Origin: Mobula hypostoma
Lineage: Eukaryota
Length of the DNA: 64,000 bases
Assembly: GCF_963921235.1 (NCBI RefSeq)
Contig: NC_086107.1
Span: forward strand, 97,466,001-97,530,000
Direction: 5' to 3'
Below the pieces are notes generated by a model. That model searched no databases, was not told the origin of the DNA, and worked only from the letters and a program-made list of their open reading frames with translations. This document shows, piece after piece, positions 47,612 through 60,911 of this stretch (within the stretch, counting starts at the first letter, position 1; each line of letters begins with the position of its first letter). The position numbers and the translations under genes are program-made.

Positions 47612-48990
47612 AGATGTCCCTCTATCTAGGGTTGTGCCCTCTGGTCCTAGACTCCCCCACTATAAGAATCATCATCTCTACGTCCACTCTATCTAGGCCT
47701 TTCATTATTCAATAAGTTTCAATGATATCGCCCTTCATTCTTCTATACTCCAGCAAGATCAGGGCCAGAGCCATCAAACGCTCCTCATACATTAACCTTT
47801 TATTTCCTGGAATATTCTCGTGAGCATCCTTTGGAACCTCTCCAATGCTAGCACATCTTGTCACTGGGTTCGGATATGGCCCAAGTGCAGAGCAAGAGAC
47901 ACTGAAGCAGGTCGATAGCTCACAGACTTCAATGAGAACAGAGATAGATGGTAAAGAAAACAATGGATGCTAGGCCAAACAGGCCCATTGACTATAACTC
48001 TCAAATGGAAAATGAAGCCTACACTGCAGCTGAAAGAAATAACCAAATATAAAATGAATAACGCTACTCTTCAGAGTCAGTTGAATCCACAGTCCAATTT
48101 CTCGGGCAAGGCCAAATGCAAGCAGGTAGCAAAGTGTTGCTGTGTTGGATTCAAGTTTCGACAAGCATTATGACAGGAGGAATTGAATTAAATACTATCA
48201 CAATGAAATAATAATTAGCTGACACGAGCACAATTGCCATATCTGCTGTGATGAAGAATCCCTGGTTGTGACACATCTTTTCTTAGATAATGGGATTAAA
48301 ACTGTTCACAATACTCCATTTGTGGTCTGACCTATACTCCAGCATTACATCCTTGCTTTTATATTCTAGTCCTCTCAAAATGAAGCTAACATTGTATTTA
48401 CCTTCCTTGCCCCTGACTCAACTTGCAAGTTAACCTTTGGGGAATCCTGCATAAAGACTCCCAAGTCCCTTTGCACCTCCGATCTTTGAATTTTTCCCCA
48501 TTTAGAAAATAGTCTATGCCTTTATTCCTTCTATCAAAGTGCATGACCATATACTTCCCTACACTTTATTCCATGTGCCACTTATTTGCCATTTTCCCAA
48601 GTTGTCTAAGTCTTTCTGCTTCCTCAACACTACCTGTGCCTCCACCTACCTTTGTATCATCTGCAAACTTGGTCACAAAGCATCAATTTCATCATCCAAA
48701 TCATTGACATATAATGCGAAAAGAAATGGTCCAACACCGACCCCTATGGAACAGCCCTGGTTACTGACTCTCTTTATTCCCACTCTTTGCCTCCTGCCAG
48801 TCAGCTAGAGTTCTATCCACGCTAGTATCTTTCCTGTAATACCACAGAGCCTGCTGTGTGGCATCTTGTCAAAAGCAGTCTGAAAATCCAAGTAAACAAC
48901 ATCCATTGACTCTCCTTTGTTTATCCTCCCTGTTATTTCCTCAAAGAATTCCAACAGATTTGTCAGGTAAGATTTCCCCTTAAGGAAACC
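47612..48990 (-). mobile_element. Decayed CR1 fragment interrupted by a solo LTR
   Basis: Aligns with the CR1 at 41440-42320. Confidence 0.8.
47859..48273. mobile_element. Solo LTR (415 bp)
   Basis: TGTCAC...GTGACA inverted termini; perfect 5-bp TSD catct at 47854-47858 and 48274-48278; CR1 is continuous across it. Confidence 0.85.
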
Positions 48991-48999
48991 AAGTTGTTT

Positions 49000-51900
49000 A
49001 AGAATGATATCCCAGGGTTTTAATGTTTTAGAAAAGATAGAGAGGGAGGTGAAGGGGGCGGTAGAGTTGCACTACTAATCAACTTCCCTAACATAAACTG
49101 GGACCTTCTTAGTGCAAGAGGTTTAGATGGGTACAGAATTTATTAGGTGCATCCAGAAGTGTTTCCTAAATCAATATATGGATAGTTCAACAAGAAGAGA
49201 GGTAGTACTGAACCTGGTTTTGAGTAATAAGTCTGGCCAGGTGACCAACCTTTCAGTGGGTGAACAGTTAGGGAACAGTGACCATAACTCCTTAAGTTTC
49301 AAGACAGCGATAGGTGAGGATAAGAATGGACCTGCGGGAGTGTATTAAATTGGAGCAGGGCAAATTACAAGAGAATTAAGCTGGAACTAGGAAGAGCTGC
49401 TTTTGGGCAAGTCCACATCTGACATATGGAGGGTGTTTAAAGACCAGTGTAAGGGGGTTTCATCTTTTATGTTACTGTTATGTAGTTGGGGGCTACACCA
49501 ACTACACAGAGTACAGGACAGATATGTTCAAGAAAGAAGGAAGGACAAGGATGGCAAGGTAAGAGCAACACACACAAAATGCTGGCGGAACTCAGCAGAC
49601 CAGAGGGCGTTTATGAAAATGAATAAGCAGTCACCAATTCAGTCAAGACCCTTCATCAGGACTGGAAAGGAATGGGGGGAAAGCACCAGAATGAAAGGAT
49701 GGGCAAGGGGAAGGAGGACAAGTTAGAAGGTGACAGGTGAAACCAGGTGGGTGGGAAAGGTAAAGGGCGAGAGATGAAGGAGAGTGGACCATGGTAAGGT
49801 AGGAGAACCTTGGATGTCAAGAGAGACGATGAATTTAGTCAAGAAGAAAAAGGAAAAGTATGTAAAGCTTAGCAAACCAGAATCAAATAGAGCCCTTGAG
49901 GATTATAAGGAAGCCATTATATAACTCAAGAAAGAAGTTAGGAAAGTCAGGAAGGGTTATGAAAAGCCTTTGGCAAGTAATACTAAAGTCATTCTATATA
50001 TCCATCAAGAACAAGAGGATAAGGGAGAGGATAGGACCACTCAGGGATAAAGTGGGAAACATTTGATTGGATGCGAAGGATATGGGTGCTGTCCTTAATG
50101 AGTATTTACATCAGTAAAGGAAGGAAAAGGTACGTGGAGAATAGGGAGATCAGTGCTGAGTGTATTGACGTGCTAAGGAATTTTCAGGTAAGTGAGGAGG
50201 TAGTGTTGGGAACCTTCAAGGTGGATAAGTCCCCAGGGTCTGATAGGCTTTAGCCCAGTTACTGAGAGAGGCAAGAGATGAGATTGCTGGGGCCCTGACA
50301 AATATCTTTGTGTCCACTCTAGCCACCGGTGAGATCCTGGCGGACTGGTGAGAAGCTAAAGTTGTTCCATTATTCAGGAAAGGAACCAGGGATAATCCTG
50401 GAAACTGTAGACTGGTGAGTTGCATGTCAGTGGTAGGAAAGTTGCCTAAGGATAGGATCTATAAGCATTTAGAAAATCATGGCCTAATCAGGGAGAGTCA
50501 TGGCTTTGTATGGGGCAAGTTGTATATTACTAACCTGATTGAGTTTTTCAACTGGGATGATGAGGTTGGTTGGTGAAGGTAGAGCTGTGGATGTTGTTTA
50601 CATGGATTTTAATAAGGTGTTTGACAAGGTCCCTCATGGGAAGCTATTCCAGAAGATCAAGATGCTTGGAGTCCGTGATAAATTGGCCATTTGAATTTGG
50701 AACTGGCTTGCCCATAGAAGATAGAGGGTAGTGACTGAACGGACTTACTCTAGCTGAAGGTCTTCAGGGATCTGTACTGGGATCTCTGCTCTTTGTGATA
50801 TATATAAATGACCTGCGTGTGAAAATGTAGATGGGTGTGTAAGTAAATTTACAGATAATACAAAGATTGGTGGTGTTGTGGATAGCATAGATGACTGACA
50901 AAGAACACAACGGGATCTAAACCAGTTGCAAATATGGGCAGAGAAATGGCAGATGGAGTGTAACCTGGTCTAACGTGAAGTGGTGCACTTTGGTCGGTCA
51001 AATGTAAAGTGACAGTACACGGTTAAAGGCAAGACCCTTAACGGTGTTGATGAGCAGATGGATCTTGGGGGTCCAAGTACAAGCAAAGAGATCTTGGGGT
51101 GGCACCACAGGTTGATAGGGTGGTCAAGAAAGCATAAGGCATGTTTGCTGTTACTAGTTGAGGCATTGAGTTCAAAGGTCAGGAAGTTATGTTGCAGCTT
51201 TAATAAAACTCCAGTTAGGCCACAGCTGGAGTATTGCACACAGTCTGGTCACGCCATTATAGAAAGGATGGTGAGGCTTTGGAGAGGGCGCAGAAGAGGT
51301 TTACCAACATTCTGCCTGGTTTAGAGGGCATGTGCTCTAACGAGAGGTTGGACAAACTTGGGTTGTTTTCTCTGGAGTGGCAGAAGCTGAGGGGAGATCT
51401 GATACAGGTTTATAAGATTATGAGAGGCATAGATAGAGTGGACAGACAGTATCTTTTTCCCAGGGTTAAAATGAGTCTAAGGTGAGAGGGGTAAGTTCAA
51501 AGGAGATGTGAGAAGCTCTTTTTTGAGCACTGAGAGTGGTTGGTGCCTGGAAGCCACTACCTGGGGTAGTGGCAGAGACAGATACATTAGGGACTTTTAA
51601 GAAATGTTTAGATTTTTTTTTAAGCGTGTCGCACCAGACGTTCAGCCATTCTTGTCTGGCACGTTGTGTCAGGATTAATCGGGTCACGTTATGAATGTTC
51701 CTGACTCGACCCTTGTATTTTTTACGAGGCCAAGTGTCTAGCCCGACACTCAACCCAGCACGGATGGAAAGCGTGCTCGGGGGTGCCCTGACCTAGATTC
51801 GAACTCAGGAATCTTCTCTCTGGAGTCCGGCACTGGTCTCACTGCGCCACCAGCCAGCCAAACGTTTAGATAGACAGATTAATCTATTTTCTTAAATTTA

Positions 51901-52190
51901 GAGGCACAACATGGTATCAGACCCATTGGACTCAATGAGATTGCACCAGCCATTTACGCCATGTGACCAGTTAACGTACTAACCTGTACGGCTTTGGACT
52001 GTGGGAGGAAACCAAGGCACCCGGCGGAAACCCACATGGTCATGGGGGGAACGCACAAACTCCTTACAGACCACGGCGGGAAATGGAAGGATATGGACAT
52101 GGTGTAGTTTAGTTGGCTATTTGTTTGGTTACTTTGATGCAACATTGTAGGCCGTAGGGTCTGTTCCTGTGCCATACTGTTCTATGTTCA
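49000..52190 (+). mobile_element. Long decayed CR1 ORF2 with nested Penelope fragment (about 49566-49796), mini-LTR and SINEs
   Basis: EQLGNSDHNSLSF, KVDKSPG, VRPQLEYC...FSLEWQKLRGDLIQVYKIMRG motifs; tgttctatgttc tail. Confidence 0.85.
51612..51860 (-). mobile_element. tRNA-derived SINE with poly-A tail
   Basis: Minus-strand A box tggcgcagtg and B box gttcgaatc; TSD aaatgtttaga / aaacgtttaga. Confidence 0.75.
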
Positions 52191-52514
52191 GTGCTCTACG
52201 TCAATGCACTGATGTGATGATCTGCACTCGTGGAGATAAGTGATCTCAGTACACGTGAGGAAAATCAACTAATTTATATTCCCCAGTTTATAATTACATT
52301 GGAGAGAGAGAGATGGAAATGGAGAGAGGGGGAGGTGGAGAGACAAAGACGTTACTGACTGCAGACTGTGCAGAGCCACAGGGGTGTGGAGAAGTCCTCA
52401 GTACTGCAGACTGTACAGCTCTTCTCCTCACCTCCGCATCGCTCCACTTTGGTCCCCATGCAAACTTAACCATGACCTGATGACTGATGTCCCCTCATCC
52501 TGAGTGGTCTCAGC

Positions 52515-53345
52515 CTGAAACGTTTCTGTAGCTTCTTTCGGCCCTGTGCAGTAACCTCCGCCCCACCCCGTACCAGGCAGTGACGCAGCCGGTCAGAATG
52601 CTCTCCACAGTACATCTATGGATGTTTTTGAGTGTTTTAGGTGACAAAGCAAACCTTTTCAAACTTCTAATGAAATACAGCCACTGTCCTGTCTTCCTTA
52701 TGACTGCATCGATATGTTGGGACCAGGTTAGATCCTCAGAGAACTTGACACCCAGGAACTTGAAATTGCTCACTCTCTCCACTTATCCTTCTATGAGGGT
52801 TGGGTGATGTTCCCTTATCGTTCCCTTCCTGAAGTCCACATTCGTCTCTTTGTTCTTACTGACGTTGAGTGCCAGGTTGTTGCTGTGACTCCACTCAACT
52901 AGCTGGTATATCTTGCTCCTGTACACCCTCTCATCTCCATCTGAGATTCCACCAACGATGGTTGTATCATCAGCAAATTTATAGTTGGCATTTGAGTGAT
53001 ACCTAGCCACATTGTCATAGGTATAGAGAGAATAGAGCAGTGGGCTAATCACACATCCCTGAGGTGTGCCAGCGTTGATTGTCAGTGAGGAGGAGATATT
53101 CTCACCAATTTGCGCAGATTATTGTCTTCTGGTTAGAAAGTCGAGGATCCAATTGCAGATGGAAATACAGAGACCCAGGTTCTGTAGCTTATGGATTGGA
53201 ACGGTGGGAATGATGGTGTTAAACATTAAGCTATCATTAATAAACAGCATCCTGAGACAGGTGTTTGTATTGTCCAGGTGATCTAAGGCCGTGTAAAGAG
53301 CCATTGAGATTGCATCTGCTGTTGACCGACTGTGGTGATAAGCAA
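52515..53345 (-). mobile_element. Rex1/Babar-type LINE RT fragment
   Basis: FAY...RSTADAI...RMLFI, SPLLYSLYTYD...KFADDTT, FKFLGV...LTWS.H. Confidence 0.88.
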
Positions 53346-55427
53346 ATCTGATCTCTCCTCTTGGTTTCTGCATCCAAAACATCATCTGATGAATCCTCTT
53401 TTTGTATCTCCATTAACTCCTTCTTGGCCATCCGTCCATCCAGCTGGGCTTTGCATCTACTTTTACAAGCAGCTTTTTGTCTCCCACTTGAAGTTCATGC
53501 AACAACCTTAATGCAGAGTAGATTCCGGTTCTTTATTCTCATGAAAGCCGAATGCCTGCAACATTCCTAAAGCGTCCTTGAACTCTGTTCCAACTTAAAA
53601 CCAAACTGCATTTCACAAGAAACTATCTGATTAACATATCAGAAGCTTTCTCAGATATGCTGTCTACAAAAACTGTTTAGTCTGCCCACTGCTTTTATGC
53701 TTCCTCTGAGCATCATGGTCCCTCCTTGGTCCAATATGCTCTCCAACCAGAGACACAGAGGTTGGCACCAATGTCTGTTTGTCCTCAGTTGGGCAAAGGT
53801 TCATAGTGCTCAGCATGGAGACAGTTTTGACATCATCCAGTACTTTCTCAATTTGCTTTCATATAGCTTCATTGCAGGGGATGTGGCATGCAATTGGTGG
53901 ATGAATCTCCAATAAAATTGTAGCTGTCTCAGCCAATCACATCCCACAGTGTTGGTCCTCCTGTTTTTACCTCATACAATCTCAAATTTGGCTTGTTGGT
54001 TGTAGTATTTCACAGCTACAAATGTCATTCCCACAGGAGTTATATTTTCTCCAGACTTCAGGTTAGTATATCTGTTGGCTTCAGGTTAGTATCTTTGAAA
54101 TGTCATTCAACTCATTTTGTGCAGTAACTGAAACAGCTGAGCTAGTGTCCAATTCCATTTTAATTAATTTGCCGTTCACTTTTGGCGTCAGCCGTATTGC
54201 CATCTGTCTGCATTTCGCGCTGTAAGTTTCAAGGCTACATAGTCCTGTGTCATTTTCAACATTATCAGATTTTTCATCAACAGTGTGAAGATTAGTGCTC
54301 TTTTTTATGTTGCAACTTGACTTTTTAATATTTTCTCTTCCCTGTGCAGTCCATTTATTTTTGTCTGCCTGACACGCTGTTTGTACGTGTCCTATTTTGT
54401 TACATTTCCTGCAAGTTTCACCTTTAAATCTGCATTTGTTTGGTGCATGTGAGCCCCTGCCATAACAGTTACACAATTTGTTCAGCGAGGCTGTTTTTTT
54501 TAGACGATGCGTTTTTGTTTAGCTGACTTTCTTTCCTGACTGCAACTCAATTGTGTCTCTGTCTGCAGTTTCCATTGAAACAGCAATTTCAACTGCTCTT
54601 TTGAATGTAACACTACGTCATCGCCACTGTTAAGTTTTTTTATCTTCAAAACATTAAATTAATTCAAAGAAAGCACAGGAGTCTGAAAATATGAGTTTAA
54701 CCTTGTCTTTACTTAAAGCAGACATCCCACCCTGCAAAAACTCATTTCAGGGAAGTAGCACCATCAATTTGCAGGAGATTTCCGGAACTTCCGGGAGAGG
54801 TGGGATGCCTGCAATAGAATAGCTCCTTAGCAGTGGCCAGCTAGTCTAAATAACGTTAGCTATGCTAATGAATGAATGACACCTATTAAACTCATCTCAA
54901 CGTGTCTTTTACTGTCTTAACCCACCATGGGCAATAGAAAAGTCACTGTTGCAAACAGCGCAGCGAGCAACACTGTCATTAGTTTTGACCTCTATTAGGC
55001 AGGGGTATACTTTAGTGTAGTCTGGGGTGATGTATGTTTTATATTTTCTTTTTTTGGAACACTCTGCCATGGCACACTCTCTCTCTCTCTTGCTGTCTTA
55101 CGCTTTCGCTCTCTCTCTCTCTCTCTCTCTCTCTCGCTCATGCGCTCTCTCGCTCTCAAAAAAATCGATTTCCGGGATATTGTATATAATTTGCAGGCAT
55201 CAGGGAGCCACTATCAATTTGCGGGAGACTCCCGAAACTTCCAGGAGAGATGAGATGTCTGTTAAAGTGAGGCGTACACGTATCATGTGGTAGCGTGATG
55301 ATGTATATTCAGTTAACATACTTATACATATAACCTGTAATTAATTATTTAAACAAACAAGAATGCTTAATCAACCAATATATACACAAGATTGCTCAAA
55401 TATTACTGAAATATTAAATATGCAACA
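53345..55427 (-). mobile_element. Gypsy 5' LTR plus deleted gag-protease-RT fragments
   Basis: LTR TGTTAAG...CAACA at 54628-55427; primer-binding site tggcgatgac; ORF 54081..54476 has two CCHC-like knuckles (CRKCNKIGHVQTAC) and protease MELDTSSAVS. Confidence 0.85.
54719..55261. mobile_element. Non-autonomous TIR DNA transposon inserted in the LTR
   Basis: TIR cagacatc...gatgtctg; flanking duplication ttaaag; the right end is duplicated internally (54761-54811 vs 55211-55261). Confidence 0.7.
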
Positions 55428-56669
55428 ATGATTATCACAGTCTACAACACACTCAAACTCCTGGGGTGCCCACGATTTGCAGATATCTCTCTTGTGCCTG
55501 TGGACATCACATGCTCCTTCTCCAGGGACACATGGGCAAGGAAGTACCTCTGAAAGAGTGGCAGGCAGTCGGCTCGGGCAGACCCAGCAACTGCCAGCCG
55601 CCTGGACCCATGCTTGAGTTCCCTGGCCGGGACCAGGAGCAAGCTGACTGGGAGATTCCTCCTAACGACCCGTCCCGATCCACAATGGATGATGTTTTCT
55701 CTCATTTCCCAGCTCTGATAATCTCCAACCTGAAACATTAACTCTGCTTCCCTCTCCGCAGACACTGCCTGACCTACCAAGTGACTTGGGTAACTCCTGG
55801 TTTAGTTTGAATAGAAAAGAGTGGTGAGAGTGTGGAACAAGTTGCCAGCACATGTGGTGGGTGTGATTTTGATTTCAATGTTCAAGAGAAGTTTGGGTAG
55901 GTACATGGATGGTAGGGTATGGAGGGCTATGGTCCAGGTGCAATTCAATGAGACTCAGGAGTTTAAATGGTTCAGCATGGATAGGATGGGCAGAAGGGCC
56001 TTTTTCTGTGCTGCAGTTTTCTATGACTCTGCGAGATGTGTGACATTCAGCTGGTAACGAGAACAGTAGGGTGGGGTGTAATTTGACCCAGCAGGCGCGG
56101 TGTAGCTGTTGGAGTGGGGTGAGGGACAAATTGAGGTTTGCAGCTTCTTTGCATGTCATGGAGCTGTAACAACTCCATGGATGTTCACCGGGTCAGGCAG
56201 CGTCTCCGGAGAGGGAAACGCAGCCTGTGTTCCAGCAGCAGCCTTTCCTTGACCATCTCCAACACTTTCAACACTAATGTCTTTTCTTTTGACACTTTCA
56301 GACTGCATTTTGCTGACCTGTGCAGGTGATGTGTTCGTGGGGCCTTCAATGTTTTAATATCCAATCTAGGAGTGCAGGCTTCACAGGCTGAGCCAGTGCC
56401 TAGCGTCAGTTCCTGGTTGCTCTTGGTGGTGATGGTCAGCAGTGAGCTGCCTCCTGGTGACCAGGCAGATGACCAACAGGGCAGAGAGTGGAGAGGAAAG
56501 AATTAAGGTAGTTGTACACTAGTTAATATGGCACCAAACTCTCTCTCTCTGTCTATATATATATATATATATTTTGTAGCCTGGGGAAAAGTACACACAC
56601 AGGACCACAAATACTTTTTCGGGTTTTAATTCCTTTATCTGGTTTAGATGTTTAAGTGCCAGAAGAGGG

Positions 56670-57533
56670 TCACATTGACCTTGCATGTCAATGGTTTGGC
56701 TGATGGATTTGATGGCTTTATTGCAAAGTTTGCAGATATACAGATAGGTGGAGGGGTGGGTAGTTTTGAGGAAATAGTGAGACTACAGAAGGACTTGGAC
56801 AGATTAGGAGAATGGGCAAAGAAATGACAGATGGAATGCAGTGTTGAGGAGTGTATGGTCATGCACTTAGTTTGAAGAAATGAAAGGCTGGCTATTTTCT
56901 AAATGGAGAGACAAAGCAAAAATATTGAGGTGCAAAAGGACTTGGGAGTCCTTGTGCGGGATTCCCTAAAGGTTAATTTGCAGACTAAGTCTGTGGTAAG
57001 GAAGGCAAATGCGATATTAGCATTCAAATTAAGAGGACTAGAATATATAAGCAAGAATGTAATGTTGAAATTTTATACAGCACTGGTGAGGCCTCACAGA
57101 GTATTGTGAGCAGGTTTGGACCCCTTGTCTTAGAAAGGATGTGCTGAAACTGGACAGGGTTCAAAGGAGATTCATGAAAATGTTTCCAGATTGAATATCT
57201 ATGAAGAGCGTCTGATGGCTCTGGGCCTGTATTCACTAGAATTCAGAAGAATGAGGGGTGACCTCATTGAAACCCATTGAATGGAGAAAGACCTTGATAG
57301 AGTGGATGTGGAGAGTGTGTTTCCTATGGTAGGAGAGTCTAAGACCAGAAGAGTCAGCCTCAGAATAGAGGGGCATCCCTTCAGATCGGAGATGAGGAGG
57401 AATTTCTTTAGCCAGAGAGTGGTAAATCTATGAAATTCTTTTCAGCTATGGCCTCCACAGCTGCAAAGGCAGAGGTTGATAGATTTTTAATTGGTCAGGG
57501 CATGAAGAGATACAGGGAGAAGTCAGGAGATTG
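56670..57533 (+). mobile_element. Decayed CR1 RT and 3' region
   Basis: KFAD, QKDLGVLVRDSLKV...KANAILAF...ALVRPH. Confidence 0.82.
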
Positions 57534-57882
57534 AGCCAACCAACTGGCAGGAGTGCTCAAGGACATTTTCAACTTCTCACTGCTATGGGCGGAAGTTCCC
57601 ACTTGCCTCAAAAAGGCAACAATTATACCAGTGGCTAAGAAGAATAAAGTGAGCTGTCTTAATGACTGTCACCCAGTAGCACTCACATCTACAGTGATGA
57701 AATGCTTTGAGAGGTTGGTCATAACTAGACCGAACTCCTGCCTCAGCAGGGACCTGGACCCATTGCAATTTGCCTATCGCCACAATAGGTCAATGGCAGC
57801 CGCAATCTCAATAGCTGTCTACACAGCTTTAGACCACCTGGACAACACAAACGCCTACGTCAGGATGCTGTTCATCGACTTC
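57534..57882 (+). mobile_element. Rex1/Babar-type RT fragment
   Basis: ORF 57553..57930 (IIPVAKK...[15 protein letters not shown]...DPLQFAYR...RMLFIDF). Confidence 0.85.
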
Positions 57883-58909
57883 TGTCCTGCTAGCATGAGG
57901 TCTCAGGCTTTTGTATTGAGAACAGGGTGACCAGAATATAATCTGAGAAAGAAATCTCGACAATCTTTGTCCTTCCTGATTCCGCACCCCCCCCCCATGA
58001 CGAACCAAGGCAGAATCTGGTGCCACCCTGTCCAGCTGTCCCGTGAGCTTACCAAGCAGCCCAGTGAGCTCATTGGACGAGGGGGCGTCAGATCTGAGGT
58101 TTCTATTGGCTGGGCAGGATTCACATGAGTGCGAGAGACTGCACAGGCCGGAATCTAGAGAAACAGAAATGCAAGAGGAACTCGGGCAGCCTCCACGGAG
58201 GGAAGTGGACAGTGGATGTTTGGGGTTGAGACCCTTCACCTGGGGTGGAAAGCAGAATGTGGATATGACTTGGTCCTTGGCCACTGTTGGGACAGGATTG
58301 AGTACCTCATTGGGAATGGGAGCAGCTCATTCCCATTGGAGCAGGTACACCTACTTGGATTTATAATGAAGCAGGGCGAAGTCCGAAGCCGATGGTCATC
58401 CACGATATAACAAGGAGCCACAGTGGTGGACACAAGTCAGTGGCATTTTAGATCAAGTGACCCAGACTTTCCTGTAGATTCAAACTTCTGCTCCAGGCTT
58501 GTAATGGCCCAGATTAATCCTGACATCCATGCTCGCTCAGTGACTGTGTGCGCCTGCAGACTCTGTTCACTAACGACTTCATCCAAAAGATCATCTTTTG
58601 CATAATGAAATGCTGGATATAAATTTGGACGCAGCCTGGCTGATTAGATGTACTGAGGTTTTACTGAAAATATTACAAATTGTGTCTTCCCCGTTTAATG
58701 AGCTGAATTCCCAGTGTGCACTGCTCCTGATTTGTGTCTCTGCCAAGTGACAGCAGAGAGTCCGGACTTCACCAGGAATGGAGCTCGATGTAAAGCACCT
58801 TCCAAATCAGGAAAAGAGGCAGGGACCACTCACCCCATCTACTGATGCTGTTCCAGCCGACAAGAGGCCTGGCTGTTGAACAGGCAGATCAGATATTGCT
58901 GAGAGCATG

Positions 58910-58913
<4 letters not shown>

Positions 58914-58966
<53 letters not shown>
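58914..58966. repeat. (GT)n microsatellite
   Basis: About 26 perfect TG units. Confidence 0.97.
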
Positions 58967-58971
<5 letters not shown>

Positions 58972-59857
58972 TGTGTTTATGTATGCATGCAGATACATTT
59001 ATATATGTCAAAGCTTAATTTATTGTCATATACACAAGTACACATATGCACTGGTGAAATGAAAACCTTACTTGCAGCATCAGCATCATATAATGAAAGC
59101 ATATCAAAATTCAGAGTCAATTTATTATCAATCTTCCAATCTGCACCTTGTAAGGCATAAAAATGCCCGACGCGGGCCTCTCATGGTCTGAGTCAACGTT
59201 CCCTCCCTTTATTATCAAGGTACATATACGTCACCATGTGTAACCCTGACATTCACTTTCTTCCAGACAAACTCAATAACTCCATTGAATAATAACCATA
59301 ACAGAATCAATGAAGGACCCCAACAACTAGAGTGTTCAACCAATGTGCAAAAGACAACAAACTATGCAAATACAAAAAGAAAGAAATAATAATAATAAAT
59401 AAGCAGTAAGTATCAAGAATATGAATTGAATAATCCTTGAAAGTGCGTCCGTAGGTTGTGGGAACATTTCAATGATGGGGCGAGTGAAGTTGTCCTCTTT
59501 GGTTCAAGAGCCTGTTGGTTGAGAGTAGTAACTGTTCTTGAACCTGGTGGTGTGAGTCCTGAGGCTCCTGTACCTTCTTCCTGAAAAGAGAGATGGGTTG
59601 TGGGGGAGGTAGATGCTGCTTTCTTGGGACACTTTATTTACATGTGCTCAATGGTTGGAAGGGCTTTACCCGTGATGGACTGGGCCGTATCCGTTACTTT
59701 TTGTAGGGTTTTCTGTTCAAATATAAAAGCATTTTTTACAAGAAAGAACACAATTAGAGCAAGACAAGTCAATTGTAGTGCAAAGTGATCAAAGTGATCA
59801 TGGTGCAGTGATTAGGGTTTTGCCGGTTAGTTCAGGGACTGGATGGTTGTAGGGAAG

Positions 59858-60432
59858 CAGCTCTTCCCGATGGTGTGGGACCGCAGGCTTCACCAGCTCT
59901 CCCTGCTGGTGTGGGACTCCAGGCTTCACCAGCTCTTCCTGCTGGTGTGGGACCCCAGGCTTCACCAGCTCTTCCTGCTGGTGTGGGACCCCAGGTTTCA
60001 TCAGCTCTTCCTGCTGGTGTGGGACCCCAGGCTTCACCAGCTCTTCCTGCTGGTGTGGGACCCCAGGCTTCACCAGCTCTTCCTGCTGGTGTGGGACCCC
60101 AGACTTCACCAGCTCTTCCTGCTGGTGCAGGAGTCTACTCTTAACGAGCTCTTCCTGCTGGTGTGGGACCCCGGGTTTCAGCAGCTCTTCCTGCTGGTGT
60201 GGGACCCCAGGCTTCACCAGCTCTTCCTGCTGGTGTGGGACTCCAGGTTTCACCAGCTCTTCCTGCTGGTGTGGGACCCCGGGTTTCAGCAGCTCTTCCT
60301 GCTGGTGTGGGACCCCAGGCTTCATCAGCTCTTCCTGCTGGTGTGGGACTCCAGGTTTCACCAGCTCTTCCTGCTGGTGTGGGACTCCAGGTTTCACCAG
60401 CTCTTCCTGTTGGTGTGAGACTCCAGGCTTCT
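59858..60432. repeat. 36-bp minisatellite, 16 units, inside a Rex1-like LINE 3' end
   Basis: Unit cagctcttcctgctggtgtgggaccccaggcttcac; flanks are Rex1-like (gggaagcagct... and ...caggcttctgtacctcttgcctgatgg). Confidence 0.95.
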
Positions 60433-60911
60433 GTACCTCTTGCCTGATGGTAGCTTTGAGAAGATGACGCCGTTCAGATGGTGGGGGATAATGAATGATG
60501 CATTCATATTGCTTTCTGTAGCTGCTACCAGTAGTGAGGAGGTTTGTGCTCATGATGTTTTAAGCAGAGTCCCCTACTCGACGGCTACTTACGTTCCTGT
60601 ATATTTAAATTGCTGTAATGCCATGATGAAACCAGTCAGGAGACTTTCAACAGTACATCTCTAAAAGTTAATAACAGTGTTGGGTGACAGGTTAAACGTG
60701 CTAAGAAAGTGAAGGCTCTACTGCTTATGATTGTTTCTATGTGCTGGGCTCTATGTTAACGTCTGATATGGATTGAAAGCAGCTGACTCTCTCCACCACC
60801 GATTCCCCAATGTGCACTGGCACATGTTCGCTCCCCTTCTCCTTTATGAAGTCAACTATCATTTCTAGCTTTACTGATGCTGACTGAGTGGTTTTTGTTG
60901 TGGTACCACTC

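Noticed and set aside
56302..56325. Possible 24-nt micro-exon after ttttcttttgacactttcag
   Set aside because: Good acceptor but weak donor (gtgatg), and no partner exons found
59858..60432. 36-bp repeat as a CRISPR array
   Set aside because: Units are head-to-tail with no unique spacers, there are no cas genes, and the unit derives from the flanking LINE
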